Shown here one piece after another: positions 1-9,805 of a stretch of DNA of 53,378 nucleotides; positions within the stretch are counted from its first letter, which is position 1, and the number at the start of each line of letters is the position of its first letter. This DNA is from a virus (taxonomy: Duplodnaviria; Caudoviricetes), in the IMG/VR virus record IMGVR_UViG_3300043398_000164, positions 1 through 53,378 of that record, one strand, 5' to 3'. The translations under genes and the position numbers were made by a program. The notes beneath the pieces were generated by a model that was not told the origin of the DNA, did not search any database, and saw only the letters and a program-made list of their open reading frames with translations.

Positions 1-127
1 GGAATCCCGCCCGTGTTTGTCTGCCGTTGTTGGAACGGTTGCTCGGGCATGTTCTTGAGTCGTCCCCGTAGCCACCACGGGGGCTGTCCGTAGTAGCCGC
101 CGCCCGGTTGATTGGGGAACGGCCCGC
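1..127. repeat. Terminal direct repeat, copy 1 (circularisation overlap)
   Basis: Identical to 53252-53378. A 127-nt length matches a common assembler k-mer, and it lies inside a CDS. Confidence 0.95.
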
Positions 128-341
128 CGCGACTGCTGGTGCGCATCGGCGGAATCTGTCCGTACTGCGGCGCTGGAGCGGAGCCGTTGCCGCTGTTGGT
201 GAAGTTGCCGTAGCCGATCGTCTTATTGGACGGGAACTGGCCGATGCTGGTCGCTTGCCACGGCGGCAAGGCGTAGCCTGGACCTTGGGGGCCAAGGAGC
301 GTGCTGGGATTGCGACCGTTGTAGTAGTCGGCGTATTGCAT
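1..341 (-). CDS. 5' part of a 159-aa Gly/Pro/Gln-rich protein spanning the circular join (continues to 53113); possible ejection-module protein
   Basis: ATG at 341 with AGGAG RBS. Hand translation MQYADYYNGRNPSTLLGPQGPG...RLKNMPEQPF is stop-free and in frame with the 53113-53301 ORF. Confidence 0.75.
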   Translation of the reverse strand, partial: MQYADYYNGRNPSTLLGPQGPGYALPPWQATSIGQFPSNKTIGYGNFTNSGNGSAPAPQYGQIPPMRTSSRGGPFPNQPGGGYYGQPPWWLRGRLKNMPEQPFQQRQTNTGGI

Positions 342-350
342 GGGTGACTC

Positions 351-1541
351 CTAATCTTCGTAGGGACCAATGAAACCACGGGCACGAATTCGATCTGCCA
401 CTGCCCGATTGGCGTCTCCGGGACGATAGCCAGCGTCGATCCGCTGCTGAATCCGAGCTTGCTTCGCCGCGGCTTCTCGCGCCAAGCGTGCTTGGACGGG
501 ATCAACGGCCATTGGATCGGGCGGCGCGTCGTATCCTTGATCGTAGTAGGCTGGCGGCTGATAGTCAGAACCACCGCCACCGCCGTACATCGCTTGCGCT
601 TGCTGGAGCGGATTGCCGTTGAGCCACATCGGACCACGGCCCTGCGCCCCGTACTGCGGCAATCCATACAACGGCTCGTACCCCGTGCCTTGCTGGTCGA
701 ACTGCCCACCCTGCGGAGTCATTGTTCCAACCGTTCCCTGCCCGTCGCCGCTCGCTCCGTACTGCATCGCCATCTGGAGATACGGCAGGATGTCCGGCGC
801 CACGTCGTTCTGCCGCTCGACGAACCCGGCGAAGTTTCCGCTGAGGCTTTGGTCGTTGTTGATGCGGCGGTCGCTCACCATCTCGGAAAGCCGCTGCTGC
901 TCACGGGCGAGGTCGCTGGCGTTCCGCTGACGGAAGGCGTCAGTGATCGTCGATGACCCCAGGCCGCGCGCCGACAGACTCGCCTGAACGGCTCCCATCG
1001 CTTCCTTGGCGCGTTGTTCGAGGTCCAGCTTGGACGCCTTGCCGTAGTTGTCGATCTCGCCCATCGTGCGGCCGTACAAACCTTCGTTCGTGCCTGGCGT
1101 GCCGAGGACGCCGCGAATCTCTTGGTCGTGTTTGTCATTCGCCGCGTTCGCCTTGTCGATCTTCGCCTGCACTTCCATGAGCAGTTTTTCGAGCTTGGTC
1201 GGCTCGGGCTTCTTCACGCCGAGGTCGCTGCGGTTGAGCGTGTTGGGATCGTTGCTCGCCACGCCGCCACGCCGCATTTCACCGGGACCGGCCGGGCGAC
1301 GCGCGACTGGCGCACTCGCTGCGCCCATTCCGCCGCGCATGGCGATGAACTTGTCTAGGAGTTTGTCGTCGGGCGTGACGCCGTTCTGGATGTTCAATCC
1401 GCCCATCTGTTCGGCCAGCGGTATACTGCGGTCGCCGAGCGCGCCCCACTTCTCGGGGAAGGGTCCGCTGCGAGCTTGGCCCACCCGCGCCAGTTTGGCG
1501 AGTTCCCGACGCATCTGCTCGCGGTATTCGGTTGCTGTCAT
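351..1541 (-). CDS. Putative internal virion (ejection) protein
   Basis: Gly/Gln/Ala-rich helical protein (ARGLGSSTI...) downstream of tail genes; GGAG RBS before ATG 1541. Confidence 0.6.
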   Translation of the reverse strand: MTATEYREQMRRELAKLARVGQARSGPFPEKWGALGDRSIPLAEQMGGLNIQNGVTPDDKLLDKFIAMRGGMGAASAPVARRPAGPGEMRRGGVASNDPNTLNRSDLGVKKPEPTKLEKLLMEVQAKIDKANAANDKHDQEIRGVLGTPGTNEGLYGRTMGEIDNYGKASKLDLEQRAKEAMGAVQASLSARGLGSSTITDAFRQRNASDLAREQQRLSEMVSDRRINNDQSLSGNFAGFVERQNDVAPDILPYLQMAMQYGASGDGQGTVGTMTPQGGQFDQQGTGYEPLYGLPQYGAQGRGPMWLNGNPLQQAQAMYGGGGGSDYQPPAYYDQGYDAPPDPMAVDPVQARLAREAAAKQARIQQRIDAGYRPGDANRAVADRIRARGFIGPYED

Positions 1542-1543
1542 GG

Positions 1544-1978
1544 TCAACTCCAGCCTAAAGCGGCTTTGAAACGGTCGAGCTTCTCGCCCAATTCTAATCG
1601 TTCGTCGAGCTTATTGATCCACTGTTTGCGGGCATTGCAATTGCAGCCAGGAGGAAGTCCCACTGCCGCGCGCACTCCCTGCCATCGCTCTTTGGTAACG
1701 CCCACGGCAGTAAGGGCGGACTCGACACGATCGCCGAGGCGTGTGACGTGTGATGTTCCGCAGACGTGTCCGAGTGGTTCATCGGTCTCCGTAATCGTCG
1801 TCCAGTCGCACGCGCGGCAGCCCCAAATGACCTTGCCTTCCGGCGTGCGGTCGATGATGTAGGTTGATCCCACTTGGCAATTTCGATGTAGTGGACGTTC
1901 ATAATCCCTTGGGAGCGCGTATCCGCAGTGCGTGCATTGGGTTCCTTTTGTCAGCGATGGGAAGATGCAATCGACCAC
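1544..1978 (-). CDS. Cys-rich hypothetical protein (CxxC pairs; LGDRV...GCNCNARKQWIN motif)
   Basis: ORF tightly packed in operon; start uncertain (GTG 1978 chosen). Confidence 0.6.
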   Translation of the reverse strand: MVDCIFPSLTKGTQCTHCGYALPRDYERPLHRNCQVGSTYIIDRTPEGKVIWGCRACDWTTITETDEPLGHVCGTSHVTRLGDRVESALTAVGVTKERWQGVRAAVGLPPGCNCNARKQWINKLDERLELGEKLDRFKAALGWS

Positions 1979-1980
1979 GA

Positions 1981-2556
1981 CTACTGAACTAAGACAGCCC
2001 CTAGAGATGCTACGGGGGTGCAATAACCAACATTAATGACCGCGGCGAGTATTGGATTCAGCATGGCATTGAGCGTTGTCGGAAGCGCGATCGACGTGTA
2101 CCACGTATAGCAAAAACCGCCAACTCGCGCTAACGCCTTGAAGTGCAATATACCGCCCGATGACTCGCAGCCGACCAGGAATCCTAATCCGTCGCAAGTC
2201 GCTAATCCGCACGTTACCGGCGGTGACGGAGGAATGTAGTAGTAGCGATTTGACACGATAGCAAACTGCGGTCCACTTATGCAAAAATTACCAACTGAGA
2301 CGAGCGGGTCGGAGAGTGATGGGGACAGGTTGAATGTTCCAATGAACGCCGTGGCGCAGTTGTCAGGCGGCGTGCAAATTCCGCCGAACGCTGTCCAAAA
2401 TGGTCCGGTGAGTTCGATGTGGTCAACTCCTGCAAAGACTAAATTAGCTTCCGTACAAGTGGCAATTGGCGTATCGCAGGGGCAGGTATCGCAGTTGATG
2501 ATGGCGCCCGTGGCGTCAACGATTGGCTTGCCGGCGGCGTTGACCCAAATACTCAT
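1981..2556 (-). CDS. Cys-rich hypothetical protein, possibly tail-associated
   Basis: 191 aa, abuts neighbours; CDTCPC and further Cys; visibly lower GC. Confidence 0.65.
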   Translation of the reverse strand: MSIWVNAAGKPIVDATGAIINCDTCPCDTPIATCTEANLVFAGVDHIELTGPFWTAFGGICTPPDNCATAFIGTFNLSPSLSDPLVSVGNFCISGPQFAIVSNRYYYIPPSPPVTCGLATCDGLGFLVGCESSGGILHFKALARVGGFCYTWYTSIALPTTLNAMLNPILAAVINVGYCTPVASLGAVLVQ

Positions 2557-3414
2557 CTAGCACTCCGCTTGCGTCACCCATTTAAATACTCCAAAGTCAT
2601 TTTTGAGCCATTGCTCCTGCCCGGCTTCGTAGCCGCTCACTTGCGTCAGGTCCACCGAAATTCCTGCCGAGAAAAGTTCGATGTACGTTCCCGCCTTGCA
2701 TCGCAACTTGCCCGCTGCCCCGGCCACGTCGAACTCCAGGCCCTTGTCCCCTTCGATTTCCACCGCGACAGCGCCGCTGTCGAAGTAAATCCCAGCCCCT
2801 TCCTTGACGCGCAGCTTGCCCGCCGCGCCCGCCACGTCAAACTCCAGCCCCTTGTTGGTTTCGAGTTCCACGTCGATCGTGTCGCCGTCGAAGGCGATGC
2901 CAGCGCCGCCGATTAAGTTTCCCAGGAAGGTTTCCGGGTCAATGTCAATCTGCACCGAGTCGGACCCGGAACTTGTCGTCAGCACAAACCCAACGCCGCC
3001 GATGAGGTTGAGCGTGTCGCCAAACGATTCGGCAACCAAGTCAGTCTGCGGGTTGCCAGTCTGATCGGTAACGTGGATTGTCTTGAACGCCAGCGAGTTG
3101 CAGACGATCAGGCCGCCCGCCGTCGTCATCGTCGTTTCGTCGGCAACCGCTGAGATGACGCCGGCCGTAATGTCGATGCCATCTCCCGCGGTGTACGCGA
3201 CGCCGCCGCCGGCCGCCGAGAGGATTCCGCCTGAACAAACAATCGTCACGTTGTCGATCAGTGGAGTAATCGTCCCCAGCGCCAGTGTAACCGGATCAAT
3301 CCCGCAGCCGGCCGTGTAGGTCGCGCCTGTCACGGTGAGGTTGCTGACGACCGATACGAGCGCGTCAATGCGATCGTCGGGCGAACTACATCCTCGTTTG
3401 GGAACGCCAGCCAT
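2557..3414 (-). CDS. Putative tail fibre protein
   Basis: YTAGDGIDIT-type beta repeats and a tandem ~36-aa duplication containing KGLEFDVAGAAGKLR; follows the nozzle gene. Confidence 0.65.
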   Translation of the reverse strand: MAGVPKRGCSSPDDRIDALVSVVSNLTVTGATYTAGCGIDPVTLALGTITPLIDNVTIVCSGGILSAAGGGVAYTAGDGIDITAGVISAVADETTMTTAGGLIVCNSLAFKTIHVTDQTGNPQTDLVAESFGDTLNLIGGVGFVLTTSSGSDSVQIDIDPETFLGNLIGGAGIAFDGDTIDVELETNKGLEFDVAGAAGKLRVKEGAGIYFDSGAVAVEIEGDKGLEFDVAGAAGKLRCKAGTYIELFSAGISVDLTQVSGYEAGQEQWLKNDFGVFKWVTQAEC

Positions 3415-3416
3415 GC

Positions 3417-4922
3417 TTAACCCTTCTTGCGATTTCCGTCTCCATTAATCGTCAACACGACCTCTTCCGGGCTCCACGCCGCCCCCGACACATCATCCAG
3501 TCGCACGTAGGCCGCCGTGCCATTGACGCGCGGGTTCTCTGTTCCGTTGAACCCGGCCGCCCAATTGGCGCACGTGTAGCTGGCCGTGCCGGACAGCGCG
3601 GCAAACGCCTCTTGCGGACTGTCGCCCACGAAGATGCTCGCCGTCGCCGCCCCCGAACCCTCGGCGAGCGTACCGCAGATTTCCGTGATTTCCGCCTTGC
3701 TGCTGGGTCCGCCTAACGCGATCGGCCCATAGACCAAGTAGCTGTCGATCGTCTCGCTACCGGCGGTGTCGTACTGATAGACGAGTCCGGCGTCGGTCAT
3801 GAGTAACAGCGGGCTGACGGTCGCGCTGCTCTTGTATTTGATGTTGGCTGCCAACTGCATTACCTTGCCGCTGAACGCCATCGGCCAGAAGCTCCCGCCG
3901 TCGCTGAGGAAATAGCGGTAGTACAGGTCAGTCCCGCTCGCCTTGTTGACGATAATGTCCACCGCATCCCACCGCGAACAGTAGCCGAGGCTACACCAGT
4001 CGCCAGCCCCAGGATCAATCCCCTTGAGGTCGTTTGGCAACTGGTTCTGCGAGACAATCACCGGCTCGCTCCCGCACCCTTCCGCCATTGCAAACAACCC
4101 CTGCCGCGTCATGAACATCAGCGTGCCGTTGCCGATATGGCAATGGGCCGATTGCATGAGCGGGCCGACCGGGGCCTTGAGCGGCATGAGTTGCCCGCCC
4201 GCGGCGATGTTGCCGATCAGCAGGTGCATCGAATCGGTTTGACCGATGACCGCGCAGTCGCGGGTGTGCGAGATGAACGACGTGATCGGTTCTTTCACCG
4301 TGAACGCGACGGCCGCCGATTCGTCGGTCTGCGTATAGTCCCAATCGGTCGGCGTTCCGATGCGCGGCGAGTAGACGGTCCAGGGGAAATCACTCGCCCC
4401 GCAGAGATAGAGTCGGTCGCCATGTGTGGCGACGATCCCGCAGTTGGTGGGCGCGGCAATGCCAGCCGTCAGGAGCGAGCCAAGTGCTGCGCCAGCGCCA
4501 GCACCCGCCGGCAAGCTCACGTACAGCGTCGTGCCGCCACTCCGCGCCTGATAGAGCCCTTGAAGGTAGACGGCGCAGGACGAAAACGTGGTCCCCGGCG
4601 CTATCGTAATCATCTCTGTCAGCGTCCACGAACCGCTGGCGTAGTAGATGATGTACGTGCCATTCTCGGTCGTGACCGCGATGCCGCGCCGCAGCGTGCC
4701 GCCGGAGAGATAGGACGCCTCGCAGTAATTGTACGGGGCGCCGATGGTTCCGATCGACGTACCTAGCGGCGGGCGCTGTCCACCACGCTCGCGGCCTGTC
4801 GTGGGATCAACTAGCCACACATTCTGGCAGGAGGGGGTCGTAAATGGCGCTTGCGATTGATAGGCAAACTTGCGACTTAGGCCCCCGGAAGGAAATGTCA
4901 GGGCTTTGGTGCGCTCGGCCAT
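3417..4922 (-). CDS. Putative podovirus tail nozzle / stabilisation protein (beta-propeller-like)
   Basis: 501 aa, beta-rich, with HGDRLYLCG...[14 protein letters not shown] motif; downstream of the adaptor. Confidence 0.6.
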   Translation of the reverse strand: MAERTKALTFPSGGLSRKFAYQSQAPFTTPSCQNVWLVDPTTGRERGGQRPPLGTSIGTIGAPYNYCEASYLSGGTLRRGIAVTTENGTYIIYYASGSWTLTEMITIAPGTTFSSCAVYLQGLYQARSGGTTLYVSLPAGAGAGAALGSLLTAGIAAPTNCGIVATHGDRLYLCGASDFPWTVYSPRIGTPTDWDYTQTDESAAVAFTVKEPITSFISHTRDCAVIGQTDSMHLLIGNIAAGGQLMPLKAPVGPLMQSAHCHIGNGTLMFMTRQGLFAMAEGCGSEPVIVSQNQLPNDLKGIDPGAGDWCSLGYCSRWDAVDIIVNKASGTDLYYRYFLSDGGSFWPMAFSGKVMQLAANIKYKSSATVSPLLLMTDAGLVYQYDTAGSETIDSYLVYGPIALGGPSSKAEITEICGTLAEGSGAATASIFVGDSPQEAFAALSGTASYTCANWAAGFNGTENPRVNGTAAYVRLDDVSGAAWSPEEVVLTINGDGNRKKG

Positions 4923-4940
4923 CGGAGTTCTGCAATTTAG

Positions 4941-4968
4941 TTGACACAGGAAACCGGCGGGTCATAAT
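4941..4968 (+). promoter_or_regulatory. Sigma70-type promoter of the DUF1559 moron
   Basis: TTGACA-16 nt-CATAAT. Confidence 0.7.
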
Positions 4969-5092
4969 TCAATCGCTGGGTGAGCGTTGCGGGTTCGAAA
5001 CCGCAACGCCAAGCGACGTGCGGCGGGATTGGCTTTCGCCTTCCTGGCCGGTCACGCCGCACGCGGCCCGGCCTAACTGGAGGGCTTCTGCC

Positions 5093-5524
5093 ATGCGTCG
5101 CGCTTTCTCGCTCGTGGAATTGCTCGTTGCTATCTGCATCATCGCTTGCTTGATGGGCCTCTTACTGCCAGCCGTCATGCACGCTCGGGAAGCGGCCCGC
5201 GCCGCAGAATGCCGATCGAATCTCCACCAGATCGGCGTCGACATTTTCCAGCGCGTCGACCGTCGTGGTCGCATTCCGCACTTCCTCAACGGCAGCGCCG
5301 CCAATCTCCGCTGCCCAACCGCCGTGGCAATCTATGGCGATGATCGGGAAATGTTCGAGGACCAGGGGCATTACTTCCAGCTTTTTCAGGACGTTACTCG
5401 GGAGCGGATCATGGATGACCAACAAAAAGCATCAACGGAAATAGCACTTCTTATCGAGGGAGCGCCACTCCACAACGGAGTGGCGTTCGCTCTGTATCTC
5501 GACGGCCATGTGGCCGCACAGTGA
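5093..5524 (+). CDS. Mini prepilin-type N-terminal cleavage/methylation protein, DUF1559/H-X9-DG family (143 aa)
   Basis: [49 protein letters not shown]-terminal [14 protein letters not shown], and GGAGG RBS at 5079-5083. True start is 5093, not 4844. Confidence 0.9.
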   Translation: MRRAFSLVELLVAICIIACLMGLLLPAVMHAREAARAAECRSNLHQIGVDIFQRVDRRGRIPHFLNGSAANLRCPTAVAIYGDDREMFEDQGHYFQLFQDVTRERIMDDQQKASTEIALLIEGAPLHNGVAFALYLDGHVAAQ

Positions 5525-6490
5525 TTACGTAATCACCAAATCAACAATCTTCGTGTAGAGGATGCGGCAGCCGTACATATACAAAATGTCGGTCGCGTGC
5601 GTGGGGGGCGTCAGCGACACCGTAACGGTGAGGGCGGCATTGGGGACATCGGCCGCCGCGACGGTCCCCGGAGCGACCTTGACGGTCGTGGTCGCAGTGT
5701 CAGTAAGGGCGTCAACAACGTCCGCCCCGCCATCCCAGTTCGTCACCAGAACGGCCGCATTGAAGCTGTTAGTAGTGCCCGCCGAAGCCACGATGAACTG
5801 CACCGTGACATTGGCGGCGCCATTGAAATCTGACGGGAGGCATACGGACGAAGCGATGCGATCCACATTTCCCGTCGCCCAGGCGATTCGCCAAGCGTTC
5901 GTTGTGCCGCCGCCTTCCAGGAATGGCGTTGAGTCGCTGGCCAGGGTACCGCCCACGGCGGCCAGGTTCCCAACGTCGCCATCAGCGTCGACTTCTCGGA
6001 ACGACGACAGCGGAATATCCACGCACCCAGTCGTTCCCAGCGTGGACGAATAGATCGCTTCAAACAGAGCAGCGGCATTATTTGCGATTCCGGCCGCCGT
6101 CAATGCCTGTCCAAAATCCGATGCCGGATCGTCAATCGGCAAATCAGCCGCCGTGTTGATCTCCACCGCCGCGCTCGCCGACAGCAGCACGCCCGACCAC
6201 CCCGAAGTCGTCGTCGAGATGAACTGCGCCGCTTCGCCGCTGGCTAACGTCCCGATCGTCGTCCCGGCGACGTTCGTGAAAATCTGCGCCCCGTCCGCAA
6301 TGGCGTAGAACACGCACCCGGCGCCCTCGGCGATATTCGGCAGGATGTACGTGCCCGCGCCCCAGCCCTTGCCGATGGCGAACTGCTTGCCGCCAAGGTT
6401 AATGACGTTGCCCGTGCCTGGGTCGGGGACGACGGAGAAATTTTTCCGAAGGGCTTCACCTAAAGTGAAATTGGCATTGGAAGCCTGCAT
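5525..6490 (-). CDS. Putative virion structural protein
   Basis: 321 aa, Ala/Thr/Gly-rich, beta-rich; in the head-tail operon; AGGAG RBS. Confidence 0.6.
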   Translation of the reverse strand: MQASNANFTLGEALRKNFSVVPDPGTGNVINLGGKQFAIGKGWGAGTYILPNIAEGAGCVFYAIADGAQIFTNVAGTTIGTLASGEAAQFISTTTSGWSGVLLSASAAVEINTAADLPIDDPASDFGQALTAAGIANNAAALFEAIYSSTLGTTGCVDIPLSSFREVDADGDVGNLAAVGGTLASDSTPFLEGGGTTNAWRIAWATGNVDRIASSVCLPSDFNGAANVTVQFIVASAGTTNSFNAAVLVTNWDGGADVVDALTDTATTTVKVAPGTVAAADVPNAALTVTVSLTPPTHATDILYMYGCRILYTKIVDLVIT

Positions 6491-6569
6491 TTTGATCTAG
6501 CTCCTGTTATTCGTGCCGCTGCGCTGATCCGAGAGCGACACCTTGTTAAGTTGACCGAAACAACTGCGT

Positions 6570-7589
6570 TCAAACATTGACGGAAATCGAGGCATACGGA
6601 ATATCCGCGCGGAGGTCAGCCAGCACATCCTCCAGCAAGTCGTCGTCGGCCGGCGGTCGGCCCAAGGTTTCCACGGCGCTGGTGCGGCGGTCGTAGCCTA
6701 CGCACGACGCCAGGCATTCCAGACGGTCGTTGTTCGCGGCCTGATAGGCACTCGTGTCGGCCCCCTTCACCTTCTTAATCAGTTCCGCCACCACCGCCTT
6801 AATAAGCAGTTCGCCAAACCACGGGCCGCCGTGGTGATACACGTAGGTCGATCCGTCGAGCGTAACCGGGACGATTTCGTAGCGGTACTCGACCGTGCGG
6901 TTCTCGCTGGTCAGCGGGAAAAACTGGACCTGCTGGCGGGCGTCGTTGGACGTGGTGGGGGCGACGTAGGAAAGGGAATACTCGCATGGATACAGGGAGG
7001 CGCCAAAGTCGCGGTCGAGTTCGCGGAGTTCCTTGTCGGGGATGCGTTTGAGTCGCAGCGGACCCAATGTGCTTTCGCGCGGGTACGTGAACCCGTCGTT
7101 CAGCAGCGAGCCGAAGTCGGTCGGCAGCGTGTAGTAGTGCTGGATCAGCGTGTAGCTGGTCCCCGCGGAGGCCGCCACGCTCGTATCGTTGAGCGTGACC
7201 TGCGTGTTGCTGTCGCGGGTGTTGACCGAATAGCGGATCGCGTTGACCCACACATCGCCATCGGCCGCCCAGGAGGGAAACGTCCCGCTGGCGAGCGTCA
7301 CGACTCCCGCGACAATCGTGACCGTGCCCGTCGAGTAGGGGGCGTAGAGCGAGAGCGTCGTGACCTGGCTCGTCATGAACGACCAGATATGTGGCGCTTC
7401 CATGCCGCGGCCGGAATCGCTGCGGAGCACAGGCGGATAGTAGGCCCACCGCTGGCCGCTCTTGAGCGCCGCCGAGAAGTCGGCCGCCTGCGTCGCACTC
7501 CACGAACCGGAGGCTTTACGCCACCCGGCGGCGCGTTGCCCTTCGTCCGCGAGCACCGAGTACGGGACTGCCAGTGTGTTTGCGGCCAT
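6570..7589 (-). CDS. Putative head-tail adaptor protein with inserted beta domain
   Basis: HIWSFM...YYTLPTDF...VQFFP...VEYRY pattern; position after capsid genes. Confidence 0.6.
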   Translation of the reverse strand: MAANTLAVPYSVLADEGQRAAGWRKASGSWSATQAADFSAALKSGQRWAYYPPVLRSDSGRGMEAPHIWSFMTSQVTTLSLYAPYSTGTVTIVAGVVTLASGTFPSWAADGDVWVNAIRYSVNTRDSNTQVTLNDTSVAASAGTSYTLIQHYYTLPTDFGSLLNDGFTYPRESTLGPLRLKRIPDKELRELDRDFGASLYPCEYSLSYVAPTTSNDARQQVQFFPLTSENRTVEYRYEIVPVTLDGSTYVYHHGGPWFGELLIKAVVAELIKKVKGADTSAYQAANNDRLECLASCVGYDRRTSAVETLGRPPADDDLLEDVLADLRADIPYASISVNV

Positions 7590-7823
7590 TTATTTTGCGA
7601 GGGCGGGTGTTTTCTTGGGCGGGTCCACCGGCGTCAGTTTCCGCTGGTACTTCACCGCCAACGGGAAGATCGCCCACTCCTGGAGCGGGCCGGTATGGCA
7701 TTTATGCCACACGTCGAGCGTCTTGAAATACTCTTTGCGGAAGTCGTCGTCGCGCCAGTCGCCGCCAAAGCGATCCATCACGTTGCGATCCGACGCTAAA
7801 ACTTCGCGGTTGTCGTTAGCCAT
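7590..7823 (-). CDS. Hypothetical protein
   Basis: GGAG RBS; abuts the next gene. Confidence 0.65.
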   Translation of the reverse strand: MANDNREVLASDRNVMDRFGGDWRDDDFRKEYFKTLDVWHKCHTGPLQEWAIFPLAVKYQRKLTPVDPPKKTPALAK

Positions 7824-7898
7824 CGTCTGTCTCCGAAGCCCGCCGGGCGGCGGGTGAGAGTGGGGAAAGCCCCGCCGCCCGGCTGAGAGTTGAAAATC

Positions 7899-8672
7899 CT
7901 AGGCGCGCGTGTAGCCGAACGCCCGGTAGGCGCTCAACACAATCGGGTCCGTCGTACCATTGGACTGGCACACTGAGGAACACACGATTGCTCCATCCGG
8001 CGCGTTGCTCTCGGCAACGTCGCTGGTATCGACCTTGGCGCCGTTGACATACACCTTGATGTCTGTGCCGACTTCCCAGCGGAAGCCCCAGCGAAACCAA
8101 GAGGCAGCGGTCACATCGCCGTCAATCGTCGTGTGGGCGGTGTTCGCAGAAATGTCCTGCGTCCCGTCCTCCACGCCGAATTTCAAGGCTGGCGTCCCGT
8201 CAACCGAATACAACCCGATCCAGTCCGCCGCGCTGATGGCGCCGGACGCGATGAGCGTTGTATCGAGCGTCGCCAGTCCGTCGAAGAACTCTGGCCCCGT
8301 GTTGGTGCCGATGTCCTTGAAAATCAGCATCGTCTCGTAGGCGATGATCATGCCGGTGGTCGGATACACACCGAGCCCCGGATACTGGACCTGGATGCCT
8401 TGCGTGTTGGTCGAGCTATTGCAATCCAACTCCAAGACCGACCCCCAGCCAGCAATCGGGCTAGCGATCCACAGCGCCGTGCCGGCCGTGGCTTGCGTCG
8501 AGGTGAAATTTCCGACGCCGCTCTGCCCGTGGTCAACGTGGAAAAAACCGTGGAACGGGTCGTTGACGCCCCTGGAACGGTCGATGCCATTCCAGATTTT
8601 CGTAGTCAGGCCCTGCTTCGAGGTTTGGGTCTGGAGAAACTCCGGCCCAACTACTGCACCATATTCAGCCAT
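7899..8672 (-). CDS. Putative capsid decoration / minor capsid protein (beta-sandwich)
   Basis: Directly after the major capsid gene; WFRWGFRWEVGTDIKVYVNG lectin-like strand pattern. Confidence 0.55.
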   Translation of the reverse strand: MAEYGAVVGPEFLQTQTSKQGLTTKIWNGIDRSRGVNDPFHGFFHVDHGQSGVGNFTSTQATAGTALWIASPIAGWGSVLELDCNSSTNTQGIQVQYPGLGVYPTTGMIIAYETMLIFKDIGTNTGPEFFDGLATLDTTLIASGAISAADWIGLYSVDGTPALKFGVEDGTQDISANTAHTTIDGDVTAASWFRWGFRWEVGTDIKVYVNGAKVDTSDVAESNAPDGAIVCSSVCQSNGTTDPIVLSAYRAFGYTRA

Positions 8673-8721
8673 TTGACAAACTCCAAGTGGAGGTTTAGTT
8701 GAAGGAAAACGTCACGCCAAA

Positions 8722-9804
8722 CTAGGTCGTCGCCTTGTGTCCGACGAAGTTCGAGCGTGGGGACGTGCAGCGATAGTTGATGATCGAGTCCATCCACGTT
8801 ACCCGCAGGTTGTGGCTGTTCCCGGTCGTGATCTCCGACTTCTTCATGAACCACGGACCCTTCTTCATGAAGTCCCAGGTGCTCATGTCGAACCCGTAGA
8901 TCGGTTCCGTCGAGTCGTAGGCTTCGCTCGCGCTGTTGGTCAGCGCGTCCACCCACGTCCAGGGAATCGAGCGGTAGAACACGCTGCCATCCGAGGTCGC
9001 CTTGTACTTGCCCATGTCGCTGCCGCGGTTATCGTTCACGCCGCCCAGCAAGTCCTGGTAGGTTTTCCAGGGCGTGTAGTGCGACGCTAACTTGTACCGC
9101 TGCGCCGGCACGCGCTCGCCCTTCGACGGATAGGGCGGCTTGAAGCCGCTCTTGTTGATCGCGTCGTCGAGCTTCGACAGTCCATCGCTGTCATTGATGG
9201 CGCCGTACACGAACGCCCCGTTCTTGGTGCCCTCGAACGTCGCGTCGGTGCGGTCCAGTCCCGCGACGGAACTGTAGCCACTGGGATTCGAGCCGTTGAA
9301 GCCGAACGCCTGTTGCGCGGTGCTCGTGCTCTTGACGACGTAGTATGGCGCGCCAGAAGGCTTCCGATTCGTCGTGTTCGGGTACACGGGCAGCGTCCAC
9401 CACCAGATTTCGTTCTTGCGCGCGAAACCGTCGAGCATGTCGGAGGCTTGGGCGTCCAGGTGGTTGAGCACCTGATAGTTGCCCAGGCCGCCGCTCATCT
9501 CGCGCACGTCGATGGCGAAGTGCGTTTTCTGGACGGCGTAATACTGCGTGGCCTTCTCCAACAGGTTGATCCGGTTCACCGAATCGTTGTCGAAGAGTTC
9601 CGTCGCCAGGGTGTTGTCCGACGAATCCACCTTGAAATGCCAGGTGAACGTCGGCGCATCGGGGCCTTGCGTCATCCGGCTCTTGAAGAGTTCCTGAACG
9701 ACGAAGAAATTGTTGAAGTCGCGGTCAGCATCCATCCACACGTTGGGCAAATACCCCTCCACGTAGGTGGTCAGCATGTCGCCAATGGCGTCGAGTGCGG
9801 GCAT
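8722..9804 (-). CDS. Major capsid protein (HK97 fold inferred)
   Basis: 360 aa with strong codon bias; terminase-portal-scaffold-capsid synteny. Confidence 0.75.
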   Translation of the reverse strand: MPALDAIGDMLTTYVEGYLPNVWMDADRDFNNFFVVQELFKSRMTQGPDAPTFTWHFKVDSSDNTLATELFDNDSVNRINLLEKATQYYAVQKTHFAIDVREMSGGLGNYQVLNHLDAQASDMLDGFARKNEIWWWTLPVYPNTTNRKPSGAPYYVVKSTSTAQQAFGFNGSNPSGYSSVAGLDRTDATFEGTKNGAFVYGAINDSDGLSKLDDAINKSGFKPPYPSKGERVPAQRYKLASHYTPWKTYQDLLGGVNDNRGSDMGKYKATSDGSVFYRSIPWTWVDALTNSASEAYDSTEPIYGFDMSTWDFMKKGPWFMKKSEITTGNSHNLRVTWMDSIINYRCTSPRSNFVGHKATT

Positions 9805-9805
9805 A

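Noticed and set aside
1-127. Biological terminal repeat
   Set aside because: The length matches an assembler k-mer overlap and it falls mid-gene; it shows circularity, not physical ends.
4844-5092. 226-aa version of the DUF1559 ORF
   Set aside because: The extension crosses the promoter and the nozzle gene; the RBS and prepilin motif define the start at 5093.
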